IMG/VR virus record: IMGVR_UViG_3300046010_009690
Location: 1 to 54,719 of that record
Strand: one strand, 5' to 3'
DNA: 54,719 nucleotides
Origin: a virus
Taxonomy: Duplodnaviria; Caudoviricetes
In this document: positions 34,707 through 44,210 of the stretch, in pieces
Layout: each line of letters opens with the position of its first letter
Position numbering within the stretch: position 1 is the stretch's first letter
The notes under the pieces: generated by a model
Seen by the model: the letters and a program-made list of their open reading frames with translations, nothing else
Databases searched by the model: none
What the model was told of the DNA's origin: nothing
Program-made: the position numbers and the translations under genes

Positions 34707-35465
34707 ATGCCGTCGAATGAATCAAAGCGTACCATCCTGAAGAAGAAGGCTGGTGGACAAAAGAACGTCATTGACGGCAAAATGCCTCCTCCACGTCAAC
34801 GCGGAATCCTAGACGTGGACCCCCGCCCCCTGCACGGCATGGGTGATGTAGCAATGGCTGCACTCGAGCAAGTGCTCGGTTTTACATTCGATGAGATGCG
34901 GGCCAAGTACGTAGAGTCCATCGGCGGTGAACATACGATTCGCAGCTTCACGACCGATAAGGTTCGTGGTGACACTCCCGAGGAGAAGGTCGCGAGAGTC
35001 GTCGCTGATATGATGCGATTTCTCGCTGAATTCAAGCAAACGAAGGACGTGATTAAAGCTTACAATATCGACGGGCTTTCCCGTGCACGTGCTATGGAAT
35101 GGAAGTCGCGTCATCGGTGGTTTAGTGATTTATGGGACCAAATCAATGAAGAGCGTTTTGACGCCGCGGAGCGTGCGCTGTTCGATCGCTCTGTGCACGG
35201 CGTTGAAGAGCCGATCGTTGCGAATGGCCAGATTGTAGGTGCGAAGACCAAGTATTCAGACGATCTTTTGAAGTTCCTGCTCGCTGGTAACCGGGCTACG
35301 ATCTATCGCAAGGCTGAGGAGAAAATCCGGCAGCAGATCGACGTCGAGATGAAGGTGAAGGGCGGGCTCGGGATCGAAGGCCTGGACCTCAAGAAGCTCT
35401 CGACAGCGGAGCTCGATCAATTGCAAGCGCTCCTCGACAAGGCGCAGGAGAAGGTAGATGGCTAG
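34707..35465 (+). CDS. terS: Terminase small subunit
   Basis: HTH-like region; AERALFDR...GVEEP..YSD.LL.FLL; DL..LS..EL; upstream of terL. Confidence 0.75.
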   Translation: MPSNESKRTILKKKAGGQKNVIDGKMPPPRQRGILDVDPRPLHGMGDVAMAALEQVLGFTFDEMRAKYVESIGGEHTIRSFTTDKVRGDTPEEKVARVVADMMRFLAEFKQTKDVIKAYNIDGLSRARAMEWKSRHRWFSDLWDQINEERFDAAERALFDRSVHGVEEPIVANGQIVGAKTKYSDDLLKFLLAGNRATIYRKAEEKIRQQIDVEMKVKGGLGIEGLDLKKLSTAELDQLQALLDKAQEKVDG

Positions 35466-36468
35466 GGGTGGGATTAAGCCGCCGAAACCGCGGCCGGTAA
35501 AGGAAGCAACGCTGACCGATGTGAGCGATTTGTTTAAGCCCGAGGTGTACGATCGTCTCGGGCCGATCGGCACGATGAACATGCTCCAGACTTTGACCAC
35601 TGCGGCCAAGATCCCCGAGGTCACGAACGTTCCGGCGTTGATTGATGAGCCTGTGCTTCCTGCTCTTGCCGGTGAGCCAGCTGCGCAAAAGAAGGTTCAA
35701 CGTCGTGTGTCTGAGGCTAAGACCGGGCTCGAGTCACCGAAGCGCCGCGAAATCTTGAAGGCGGCGCGTGATGTGGCCGGTGCCACGCTTGTACCGATCC
35801 CGACGTCTGCGAAGGACGTTCTAATCAACGAAGTGGTGAAGCCCGCGGCAAAGGCAGCGATTCCTGATGCTTCCATTCAGGCCGCGATCGCATCGTTCCT
35901 TAAGCCAAAATTAAAGCCTGTACAGCTCGAGCGTATTGGCCGCAAGAATTTCGAGCGGACCATGGAAACCGGTGAGGATGAATTCGATCCGATTTCACCG
36001 GCTGATATATCGCGTCACTCCGGGATCCCTATCGAGGACGTCAACGATTTCCTCGGTCGCAATAAGCTCGACCCTGGGCTCGTGCTTTCTGACGTCGCTC
36101 GAGATTTGTATAATTATAAAGGCTATGAAGACGAGATTTTTGACACACTCGATCTTGATGATGTAGTCAACCGGGGTGGGCCTAACCCGTTCGAGCAAGC
36201 GATTGAGGAATACCTCAAGCAGAACCCTAAGGCTGATTTGTCTAATTATAGTGACGACGACATTCAAGGGATCGCCGCGCTAGCTAATGACTACATTTTC
36301 GAGAATACGCACGGTCCTCAATTAAAAGAATTATCCATGTTGGTCGGCGATAAAGAGGCCAAGACCGTCAGAGACGCAGTTCGCCGTCGTTACGACGATT
36401 ATGCGGGCAGTCTTTACGAAGGATTCGGTGAGCGAGTGGTCGATTATATCGAAGAGTATATTAGATAA
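35458..36468 (+). CDS. Hypothetical protein inserted between terS and terL
   Basis: 336 aa; coupled on both sides; MARGG N-terminus; internal KRREILK. Confidence 0.65.
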   Translation: MARGGIKPPKPRPVKEATLTDVSDLFKPEVYDRLGPIGTMNMLQTLTTAAKIPEVTNVPALIDEPVLPALAGEPAAQKKVQRRVSEAKTGLESPKRREILKAARDVAGATLVPIPTSAKDVLINEVVKPAAKAAIPDASIQAAIASFLKPKLKPVQLERIGRKNFERTMETGEDEFDPISPADISRHSGIPIEDVNDFLGRNKLDPGLVLSDVARDLYNYKGYEDEIFDTLDLDDVVNRGGPNPFEQAIEEYLKQNPKADLSNYSDDDIQGIAALANDYIFENTHGPQLKELSMLVGDKEAKTVRDAVRRRYDDYAGSLYEGFGERVVDYIEEYIR

Positions 36469-38024
36469 TGATCGATCGCGAAGTCCTGCGCAACGCGCTG
36501 AAGTTAGAGCGCGAAAGGCGGGCAGCAACAGAATCACTCTACGAGTTCACGAAACAGGCTTGGCACGTAGTCGAGCCGGGTGTGCAGTTCGTTGATGGCT
36601 GGCACATTCGCGTCATATGCGAGCATCTTGAGGCGGTGACGCGTGGCGAGATCCGCAAGCTCCTGATCAACATACCGCCGCGGCATGCTAAGTCGACCAT
36701 CGTCTCGGTCATGTGGCCGTGTTGGGAATGGGTGACCCGGCCGCATGAGAAGTACCTGTGTGCATCGTACTCGGGCATTTTGTCGACCCGCGATAACGTG
36801 AAGGCGCGTCGCCTGATCCAGTCACCTTGGTATCAGGAGCGCTGGGGCGATGTGTACGAGCTGGCGGGCGATCAGAACCAGAAGACGCGGTTCGAGAACG
36901 ACAAGACCGGCTACCGCATCGCGTCCTCGGTCGGTGGTACGGCAACCGGTGAAGGTGGCTCGAGGCTCATCCTCGACGATCCGCATGGTGCGCAGGACGC
37001 ACAATCGGATGTGCTGCGTGAGTCGGCCCTTGAATGGTTCGACATGGTGTGGTCGACCCGTCTCAACGACCCGCGGCGCGATGCGATGGTGACGATTATG
37101 CAGCGTCTGCACGAGAAGGACGTCTCCGGGCGCGTTCTCGAGTTAGGTGGCTGGGATCACCTGTGCTTGCCCGCCGAGTACGACGGAGAGCTTCGGAAGA
37201 CGTCGCTCGGGGTGTACGACCCGCGTACTAAGACGGGTGAACTGCTTTGGCCCGACCGTTTCGGTGAAAAAGAGCTGCGGACGCTCAAGACGCAGCTCGG
37301 TGAGTACGGTGTCTCGGGTCAGCTGCAACAGTCGCCGACCCCAGCGGGCGGTGGCATTCTCAAGATCGACTGGTTCGAGCTTTGGCCCGCGGACAAGCCG
37401 TTGCCGCCGATGGAGTACATTGTGCAGTCGTACGATACCGCGTTCACCGAGCGTACGACCGGTGACCCCACTGCGTGCACGGTGTGGGGTGTGTTTCGCT
37501 TGAATTCGGCTTATCGTGTGATGCTCCTTGACGCGTGGTCCGAACATCTCGAGTATCCGGATCTTCGGGCGCGTGTCATACGCGATTGGGCATCGAAGTA
37601 TGCGGGTGACGAGAAGGATGTGGCGAATAAGGCAAGGTCGCCTGACACCGTGCTCATTGAGCAGAAAGGTTCGGGCCAGAGTCTTTTGCAAGATCTCGGT
37701 CGCGCACGGGTGCCGATCGTACCGTACAATCCAGGCCATATCGACAAGGTAGCGCGAGCCCACACGGTGTCACCGCTGATCGAGGCAGGGCTAGTGTACG
37801 TACCCGAGAGCAAGAAGACTCCGGAGCGCTGGGCTTCGTGGGCGGACGGATTCATGAAGCAAGCGTCGCGGTTCCCGAACGACGAGCACGACGATTTTGT
37901 GGACACGATGACGCAAGCGTTGCGGTATTTGCATGACAAGCGGTTCCTCACTTTGAGTGCGTCGAACAGGTTCGAAGATACCCCGCCACCCAAGCTTAAG
38001 AAGCAGAATCCTTATGCAGCGTGA
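36468..38024 (+). CDS. terL: Terminase large subunit
   Basis: INIPPRHAKS (Walker A), ILDDP (Walker B), QSYDTA, HDDFVD nuclease motifs. Confidence 0.95.
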   Translation: MIDREVLRNALKLERERRAATESLYEFTKQAWHVVEPGVQFVDGWHIRVICEHLEAVTRGEIRKLLINIPPRHAKSTIVSVMWPCWEWVTRPHEKYLCASYSGILSTRDNVKARRLIQSPWYQERWGDVYELAGDQNQKTRFENDKTGYRIASSVGGTATGEGGSRLILDDPHGAQDAQSDVLRESALEWFDMVWSTRLNDPRRDAMVTIMQRLHEKDVSGRVLELGGWDHLCLPAEYDGELRKTSLGVYDPRTKTGELLWPDRFGEKELRTLKTQLGEYGVSGQLQQSPTPAGGGILKIDWFELWPADKPLPPMEYIVQSYDTAFTERTTGDPTACTVWGVFRLNSAYRVMLLDAWSEHLEYPDLRARVIRDWASKYAGDEKDVANKARSPDTVLIEQKGSGQSLLQDLGRARVPIVPYNPGHIDKVARAHTVSPLIEAGLVYVPESKKTPERWASWADGFMKQASRFPNDEHDDFVDTMTQALRYLHDKRFLTLSASNRFEDTPPPKLKKQNPYAA

Positions 38025-38040
38025 AGCTCGGGTGTATAAT
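38012..38040 (+). promoter_or_regulatory. Sigma70-like promoter
   Basis: TTATGC-N17-TATAAT followed by RBS GGAGG. Confidence 0.5.
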
Positions 38041-38059
38041 CGCGCACGGGAGGTTCCCC

Positions 38060-40933
38060 ATGGCTGACCAACAACGGGTTTATGAAGGACGCCCCGGTCT
38101 CGCCGCGTGGGGTGAAGATTTAGGCGAGGTCGACCCTCGCGTCTTTCGGGCCGTTCGTGCCGGTGTGAAGGCTAATGTTATGCCCGCAACCCCCAAGGGC
38201 ATGCCATTCGCGGGCCTTCTAGAATCCACCAAATCCCTCCCCGCGTTACCACACTTCCTTGGTGATTTAGTTACAGGTGGTCGCTACGGTTTGTCAGAGA
38301 AAGCCCCGGAGTTCGCTCTCGAGGCATCTGGCAAGTATGACGAGCTGATTAACAAGTATCTGGCCGAGGAAGGGCTGTCGGAATCCGCCCGATTACCGAT
38401 TGCAGCTAAGTATGGGCTGGCTGCGGGTGAAATGCTTGGCCAGTTGCCGGTACCGGGCAAAATGCTCGAGCGCATGACCAAGAAGCTCCCAAAAGCGTTC
38501 AAGCCCGCGGGTTGGTTAGCCGAGTACTTCGGGCCGACGGTCGACCCCAAGGCGGTCAATTATGCCGTCGGCACGGGTGTCGGCGGCACACTTCGCACGG
38601 CGACGGGTGAAGAGGAACCGGAGAAGTTCGCTAAGGGCGGTCTCGGCCGCAAGCCGACCGTGCGCAGGACCGAAGAGGGCGTAACCGAAGTCGTACCGCC
38701 GAAGCTCGAAGGCACGACGATTATGAAAGCGCCGGGTGGCAACTGGCTACCGGGCAGCGTTGAGAAATTCGTTGATGCGGTGCGTCGGGAATTTGTTACC
38801 GCTAATGCTCGACCAGCTGAGCGTATGCGTCAGCTTGAAGACGCGATGGCGAAAGACCCGCAGAATATTAACCTCAACGTTCCGGGAGTCGCTCGCGAAA
38901 AGGCTCGGCTTGATGCTGAAATTCCGGTTGACCAGTGGCTTGAGAAGAAGCTGACGAACTACGTTAAAAACGATATGGCGACTGCTCGCGACCCCGTTCG
39001 GCTCGGGATTGAGCAGCGCGTAGCGAAGGTCGAAGCTGACAGGGCGAAGGCCGAGCAGCGGATCGCGAAGCAACAGGAGAAGATCGCCGAGGCCAAGGCT
39101 GCGGGTCGCGATACGACGGCCATCGAAAATCGGCTGGCGCTCGAAATTGCCGATCTGCAGCAGAAGTATGCGATCGACAGTTACGCGGCCGGTATTCCGA
39201 CTCTTGATCGCGATATGCGGAATATCGCGGCGCAGAATCGTGCGAATGCACCTCTTAACAGAGACCCGGATGCTAACATTCTTGCTTCGACTCCGCAGTC
39301 GGCTAACTGGGAGGATATGACCGATTACCTTGTCGATGCTGCAAAAGCTGGCGACATTTTGGGTGGTCGTTTCCCAAGGCTGGCGTCGGCGGTTGATGAA
39401 GCCCCGTGGCTCGCAAAGGTGCCGCCCGAAACGCCTGTCTATTCGGTTTACCGGGGCAATCCCGAGTACTTCAACCACGTTCGTGACGAGTTGTACAACT
39501 CGGTGAGAGAGGGTAGCGATTTACCGCCCGAGTTGAAGCTTGACCCCGAAGATCTCGACAAAATGAACATGGATGCGGCTGTCGCGCACGTCAGCAAGGT
39601 CGATGCTTGGCGCGAGCGGAATCGGATCTCGGCCAATCTCGCCAAATCGAATAACCCGGCGGTTTTTACCGTAAAGCAGTATCCCGGAACCGGGCTCGAG
39701 TGGAAGCAGCTTAAGATGCCGGAAAAAGCTCTTTCGGACGAATCCAAGATGCTTCTTGAGTATAACAGGTCTCAGGGCGTAGAAGATTCGCCGGAGACGC
39801 TGGAGGCAGCCTACGACGAAGGTGCTAATCGCGCATTACAAGAGGCCCTCGAGTACGAAGGCAGTGTGATGGGCCATTGTGTAGGTGACCGCTATTGCGA
39901 GCCTGTAAAATCCGGTAAAACGCAGATCTTCTCGCTTCGTGATGCGAAAGGCGAGCCGCACGTGACGATCGAAGTGCGACCGAAAGATGTGGCTCGTTCG
40001 ATCGGTGCTCTCCCGGCCGAAGAGCGAGGCATCTTGGCCCAAGAGATCAAGGACAAGTATTTTGGCGGCGTCATGCCGGGTCGATCCGACGAGGATAAGT
40101 TCTTTCAGCTTCTCGATCAGGCTTATGTCGAGAAGTATGGCCAGCCCCCTCCCGACATCGTTCAGATCAAGGGCAAAGGCAACAAAAAGCCCGCGGACAA
40201 GTACATTCCGTTTGTGCAGGACTTCGTGAGATCGGGCAATTTTGGTCAGATCGGTGATTTTTATAACACGAATTTGGTTAAGGTAACACCGGGTCAGCGT
40301 CTGCCTGGACTCACGAAGGAGATTCCTCCGGGGTTGTACACGAATGCTGAATTGAAGCAAATGGCTATCGATAGCGGGATGCCGAAAGAGATTCTCGACA
40401 ATTGGATGCAGAAGCTTGATGAAGAATCGATCTTCAAATATGCTGACGGTGGTCGCGTCGAAGAGGAGGAGTACGATGAAGCAGAAATTGAGCGAATTGT
40501 GGCACCGCTTCGTGCAAAGCTTGAAGGATACTTGGGCGAAGCTAAAAAGCTCCCTCGAAAAGCCAAGCAAGCCGTCGCCGACGTCACCGAAATCGGAGAC
40601 ATCATCAAAAGGTCGAAGGAAATCCCGCTTACGTATTACGACCCGAAAGGGGAAGTAGCGGGCGAGGCCGACGCGATGCGGCATTTGCTCTTTCAAGCGC
40701 AGTTGCAGCAGAAGTACGGCGAACTCCCGGCAAAGGCGATCAGCTATCTTCACGAGTATTCTTCGTTCGGTCAGCCATCGGCCGAGCGTGAGATGGACTT
40801 CCTCAATGACGAACTCGGACGCGAGATTGGTCGATCGGCCAAGAGTGATCGCGAGTTGGTCGAGATGGCGCGTAGATACATCGAATCTGGTCGAGCGAAG
40901 ACGCTCCCCAAAGAACAGCGTGGCGGGTACTAA
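38060..40933 (+). CDS. Large multidomain protein (PcfJ-like and DUF6973-like modules)
   Basis: EG.VMGHCVG..Y...IFSLRD..G.PHVTIE...QIKG..N; DAMRH...A......HE...MD..N...GR.IG. Confidence 0.6.
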   Translation: MADQQRVYEGRPGLAAWGEDLGEVDPRVFRAVRAGVKANVMPATPKGMPFAGLLESTKSLPALPHFLGDLVTGGRYGLSEKAPEFALEASGKYDELINKYLAEEGLSESARLPIAAKYGLAAGEMLGQLPVPGKMLERMTKKLPKAFKPAGWLAEYFGPTVDPKAVNYAVGTGVGGTLRTATGEEEPEKFAKGGLGRKPTVRRTEEGVTEVVPPKLEGTTIMKAPGGNWLPGSVEKFVDAVRREFVTANARPAERMRQLEDAMAKDPQNINLNVPGVAREKARLDAEIPVDQWLEKKLTNYVKNDMATARDPVRLGIEQRVAKVEADRAKAEQRIAKQQEKIAEAKAAGRDTTAIENRLALEIADLQQKYAIDSYAAGIPTLDRDMRNIAAQNRANAPLNRDPDANILASTPQSANWEDMTDYLVDAAKAGDILGGRFPRLASAVDEAPWLAKVPPETPVYSVYRGNPEYFNHVRDELYNSVREGSDLPPELKLDPEDLDKMNMDAAVAHVSKVDAWRERNRISANLAKSNNPAVFTVKQYPGTGLEWKQLKMPEKALSDESKMLLEYNRSQGVEDSPETLEAAYDEGANRALQEALEYEGSVMGHCVGDRYCEPVKSGKTQIFSLRDAKGEPHVTIEVRPKDVARSIGALPAEERGILAQEIKDKYFGGVMPGRSDEDKFFQLLDQAYVEKYGQPPPDIVQIKGKGNKKPADKYIPFVQDFVRSGNFGQIGDFYNTNLVKVTPGQRLPGLTKEIPPGLYTNAELKQMAIDSGMPKEILDNWMQKLDEESIFKYADGGRVEEEEYDEAEIERIVAPLRAKLEGYLGEAKKLPRKAKQAVADVTEIGDIIKRSKEIPLTYYDPKGEVAGEADAMRHLLFQAQLQQKYGELPAKAISYLHEYSSFGQPSAEREMDFLNDELGREIGRSAKSDRELVEMARRYIESGRAKTLPKEQRGGY

Positions 40934-40936
40934 TCC

Positions 40937-43477
40937 ATGGCAGAAATGAACGAAGAGCAACCGGCGATCATCCAAGAAGAGATGGTCGAGATCGAGATTG
41001 AACCCGCCGAGGTGGTCGACACCGACGATGGCGGTGCGATTGTTCGTCTCGAGGAGGAAATGGACGCGGTTGTGCAGACCGAGCACTTCTCAAACATCAT
41101 CGAGACGGTTGACCAGCGCGAGCTTGGCGTTGCCATTGAAGATTTGCTCGATAAGATCAGCCGCGACAAGGATGCCCGCAAGAAGCGGGATGAGGTGTAT
41201 GAAGAGGGCTTGCGTCGCACCGGTCTCGGTGATGATGCGCCGGGTGGTGCGTCGTTCACCGGCTCGAGCAAGGTAGTTCATCCGCTCTTGGTTGAGGCAT
41301 GCGTAGACTTCTCTGCTCGCATGATGAAGGAGATGCTGCCGCCCAACGGTCCGGTGAAGACTAAAATCGTCGGCCCGGTGGACGAGGAGAAGCAATCGAA
41401 GGCTCGGCGTAAAGCTGATTACATGAATTGGCAGCTGACCGAGCAGATCCCAGAATTCCGCGGCGAACTTGAGCAGCTCAGCACGCAGTTGCCGCTTGGT
41501 GGCTCGCAGTATCTGAAGTGGGTGTGGGACAAACGCCGTCAACGCCCCGTGCCGGAGTTCATTCCGGTCGATGACGTGTATCTGCCGTTCGCCGCGACGA
41601 ATTTTTACTCGGCTGAGCGCAAGACGCACGTTCAGTACATTACCAAGTTCGAGTACAACCGCCGCGTCGAGGCGGGTATGTACCGCGACGTCGACCTCGG
41701 TGCACCCGGCGAGAATGATTTTTCGAAGGCGTCGGTGGCTAACGACAAGATCGAAGGCCGCAGCGAGATGAATTACAACGAAGATGGGTTGCGCACCATC
41801 TTTGAAGTGTACACGTATCTCGACATGGGCGAGGGGATGGCACCATACATCCTCACGATCGACAAGACGACTGGCAAAGGGCTCGCGCTCTATCGGAACT
41901 GGGAAGCGGACGACGCCAATAAAAACGAGCTTGAATTGATCGTAGAGTTCCCGTTCATTCCGTGGCGTGGCGCGTATGCGATCGGTCTCACGCACATGAT
42001 CGGTGGACTCTCGGGCGCAGCCACTGGCGCACTGCGAGCGTTGCTTGATTCTGCGCACATTCAAAATATTCCGACGATGCTCAAGTTGAAGGGTGGCCCA
42101 AACGGTCAGACCCTGAACTTGATGCCGACCGAGGTGGTCGAGATCGAAGGTGGCGTAAACGTCGATGACGTGCGCAAGATTGCGATGCCGATCCCGTTCA
42201 ATCAGCCCTCGCCTGTTCTCTTCCAGCTCCTCGGATTCCTCGTCGAGGCTGGTCGAGGTGTGGTGCAGACGACTTTCGAGAAGCTCTCGGATCAAAATCC
42301 GAATCAGCCAGTCGGTACGACGGTCGCGCTCATCGAGCAAGGCCTCGTCGTGTTTTCCTCGATCCATGCGCGACTGCATAATTCGATGTCACGTACGCTC
42401 AAGATTCTGCATCGCTTGAATTCGGCATATCTCACCGAGGACTTGATTGCACAGTCGGGCGACATGGAAGTGATGCCGTCGGATTTCGATGGCCCGATGG
42501 ATGTCGTGCCGGTCTCGGATCCGAACATTTTCAGCGAGACGCAACGTTTTGCGCAGGTACAGGCACTCATGGCGCGTTCAGCGCAGATGCCGCAAATGTA
42601 CAACATGCGCAAGATCGAGGAGATGTTTCTCCAGGCGTTGAAGATTCCGGACGATGTACTTCTGCCGAAGCCCGGTGAAGATGATCGTGATCCGGCGTCT
42701 GAGAACGTTGCGGCATCGATGAATCAGCCGATTTATGTGCTGCCGAAGCAAGATCACCTTGCGCATTTGCGAGTGCATCTCGCATTCTTGCAAAGCCCTC
42801 TTTTTGGCATGAACCCCGCGGTCGCGCCTTTTTTCACGCCCGCGATCGTTGGTCATTTACGCGACCACTTGCTCAATTATTATCTTGTCCAGTCACATAG
42901 TGCAATTCGCACGATGACGGAAGAAGGTACGTTGATGCCTGAAGCCGAGCAAGAGGCCGGTGTGATTGCGCAAGCACAGAAGCTCATTGAGCAGCAGCTT
43001 GGGTTCATGCCGCAGATCATGGCACAGACGAAGCAAATGGCCGAACAGTTCATGCAGCCGCAGATGCCGCCTGACAATTCGATGGCGATCGCGCAGCTCC
43101 GTGCACAGGTTGATCAGATGGCGCTTCAAATGCGGGCGCAGACTGATCAGGCGAGGCTCCAACTCGAGCAGCAGAAAGTACAGGCGCAAGCGCAGACCGA
43201 CCAGAACCGTCTGCAGTTGGAAGTGGCGAAGATGCAGACTGATCAAGCCGCAGTATCGCAGAAGGCGGCAGTCGACGCGGCCAAGATGCAGCAGGATATG
43301 GACATCGTTCAGATCCGTGAGTCGAATGCGAATGCTCGCAACACCGAGAGCGTCGAGTCTCGCGTATTCATGAACACGTCTGATAACGAGACCGCGAAGC
43401 AGCTCGCGGCAGCTGAGATAGCGTCCGGCGAGAAGGTAAGTGTCTCGACCGGTACTGGAATCAACCCGCAACCGTAA
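40937..43477 (+). CDS. Portal protein (P22-like, with C-terminal barrel)
   Basis: VHPLL.EA...F.AR, YAIGL.HMIG, PVGTT.AL.E.G, PVSDPNIFS motifs; Gln-rich coiled-coil tail. Confidence 0.9.
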   Translation: MAEMNEEQPAIIQEEMVEIEIEPAEVVDTDDGGAIVRLEEEMDAVVQTEHFSNIIETVDQRELGVAIEDLLDKISRDKDARKKRDEVYEEGLRRTGLGDDAPGGASFTGSSKVVHPLLVEACVDFSARMMKEMLPPNGPVKTKIVGPVDEEKQSKARRKADYMNWQLTEQIPEFRGELEQLSTQLPLGGSQYLKWVWDKRRQRPVPEFIPVDDVYLPFAATNFYSAERKTHVQYITKFEYNRRVEAGMYRDVDLGAPGENDFSKASVANDKIEGRSEMNYNEDGLRTIFEVYTYLDMGEGMAPYILTIDKTTGKGLALYRNWEADDANKNELELIVEFPFIPWRGAYAIGLTHMIGGLSGAATGALRALLDSAHIQNIPTMLKLKGGPNGQTLNLMPTEVVEIEGGVNVDDVRKIAMPIPFNQPSPVLFQLLGFLVEAGRGVVQTTFEKLSDQNPNQPVGTTVALIEQGLVVFSSIHARLHNSMSRTLKILHRLNSAYLTEDLIAQSGDMEVMPSDFDGPMDVVPVSDPNIFSETQRFAQVQALMARSAQMPQMYNMRKIEEMFLQALKIPDDVLLPKPGEDDRDPASENVAASMNQPIYVLPKQDHLAHLRVHLAFLQSPLFGMNPAVAPFFTPAIVGHLRDHLLNYYLVQSHSAIRTMTEEGTLMPEAEQEAGVIAQAQKLIEQQLGFMPQIMAQTKQMAEQFMQPQMPPDNSMAIAQLRAQVDQMALQMRAQTDQARLQLEQQKVQAQAQTDQNRLQLEVAKMQTDQAAVSQKAAVDAAKMQQDMDIVQIRESNANARNTESVESRVFMNTSDNETAKQLAAAEIASGEKVSVSTGTGINPQP

Positions 43478-43487
43478 GGAGCAAACT

Positions 43488-43622
43488 ATGGCTAGTGAAA
43501 AGGAAATGGTGCCGATGCACAAGCGGATCGCAATGGGCGAAAAGCTTGATGGTCAGTCGCTCGCACCGAAAGGTGGTAACGCCCCCGCGCCGAAGAAAGA
43601 GCCGCCCAAAAAGCGCTCATGA
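43488..43622 (+). CDS. Small basic protein
   Basis: RBS AAGGAG; 44 aa. Confidence 0.6.
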   Translation: MASEKEMVPMHKRIAMGEKLDGQSLAPKGGNAPAPKKEPPKKRS

Positions 43623-43813
43623 TCGAGCAAAAGTTGCTCGTGCGTCTGAAAGAGGCGCAGCGCGAATACGCATTTGGAGCCCTGCAGCGACCCAGCCAGA
43701 AAGACTCGTTTGAATACGGTCACGCGGTTGGTGTAATCGCAGGGTATGAGATGTCGATTAACATTTTGCTTGAACTCATAAACGAGGAAAAATATGGTAA
43801 TAAAGATCTCTGA
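43619..43813 (+). CDS. Hypothetical head-module protein
   Basis: EY...VG.I.G motif; lies between portal and GroES. Confidence 0.65.
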   Translation: MIEQKLLVRLKEAQREYAFGALQRPSQKDSFEYGHAVGVIAGYEMSINILLELINEEKYGNKDL

Positions 43814-44204
43814 GGACGCAATCGAAGCCGCTTTCCCGGCCGCAGATCCGGGTATACAGCCGTTTGGTAGCCGCGTTCTGGTGCAAATCCGCAATCCGAA
43901 GCAGAAGACCTCAGGTGGCATTCTGATTGATCTCGGCTCGCAGGAAACCGAGAAGTGGAACACACAAGTGGCTCGCGTAATCGCGGTGGGGCCGTTAGCC
44001 TTCAAGAACCGCGATACTATGGCCCCTTGGCCTGAGGGTGATTGGTGCAAGGCCGGTGATTTCGTTCGCGTCCCTAAGTATGGTGGCGACCGTTGGGAGG
44101 TGGACTTGAACGACAAAGGCGTTGCGTTGTTCGTAATTTTCAATGATCTGGACATCGTGGGTCGTGTTACAACCGACCCGACGAAGATCCGGGCGTTCAT
44201 CTGA
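43794..44204 (+). CDS. groES: GroES/Cpn10-like co-chaperonin
   Basis: P.G.RVLV, KTSGGIL, VIAVGP, GD.V..PKYGG, ND.DI motifs. Confidence 0.85.
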   Translation: MVIKISEDAIEAAFPAADPGIQPFGSRVLVQIRNPKQKTSGGILIDLGSQETEKWNTQVARVIAVGPLAFKNRDTMAPWPEGDWCKAGDFVRVPKYGGDRWEVDLNDKGVALFVIFNDLDIVGRVTTDPTKIRAFI

Positions 44205-44210
44205 TAGGAG

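Noticed and set aside
39836-42379. Long minus-strand ORFs (416 aa, 429 aa) and similar antisense ORFs elsewhere
   Set aside because: They shadow well-supported plus-strand genes in GC-rich DNA and show no motifs or RBS
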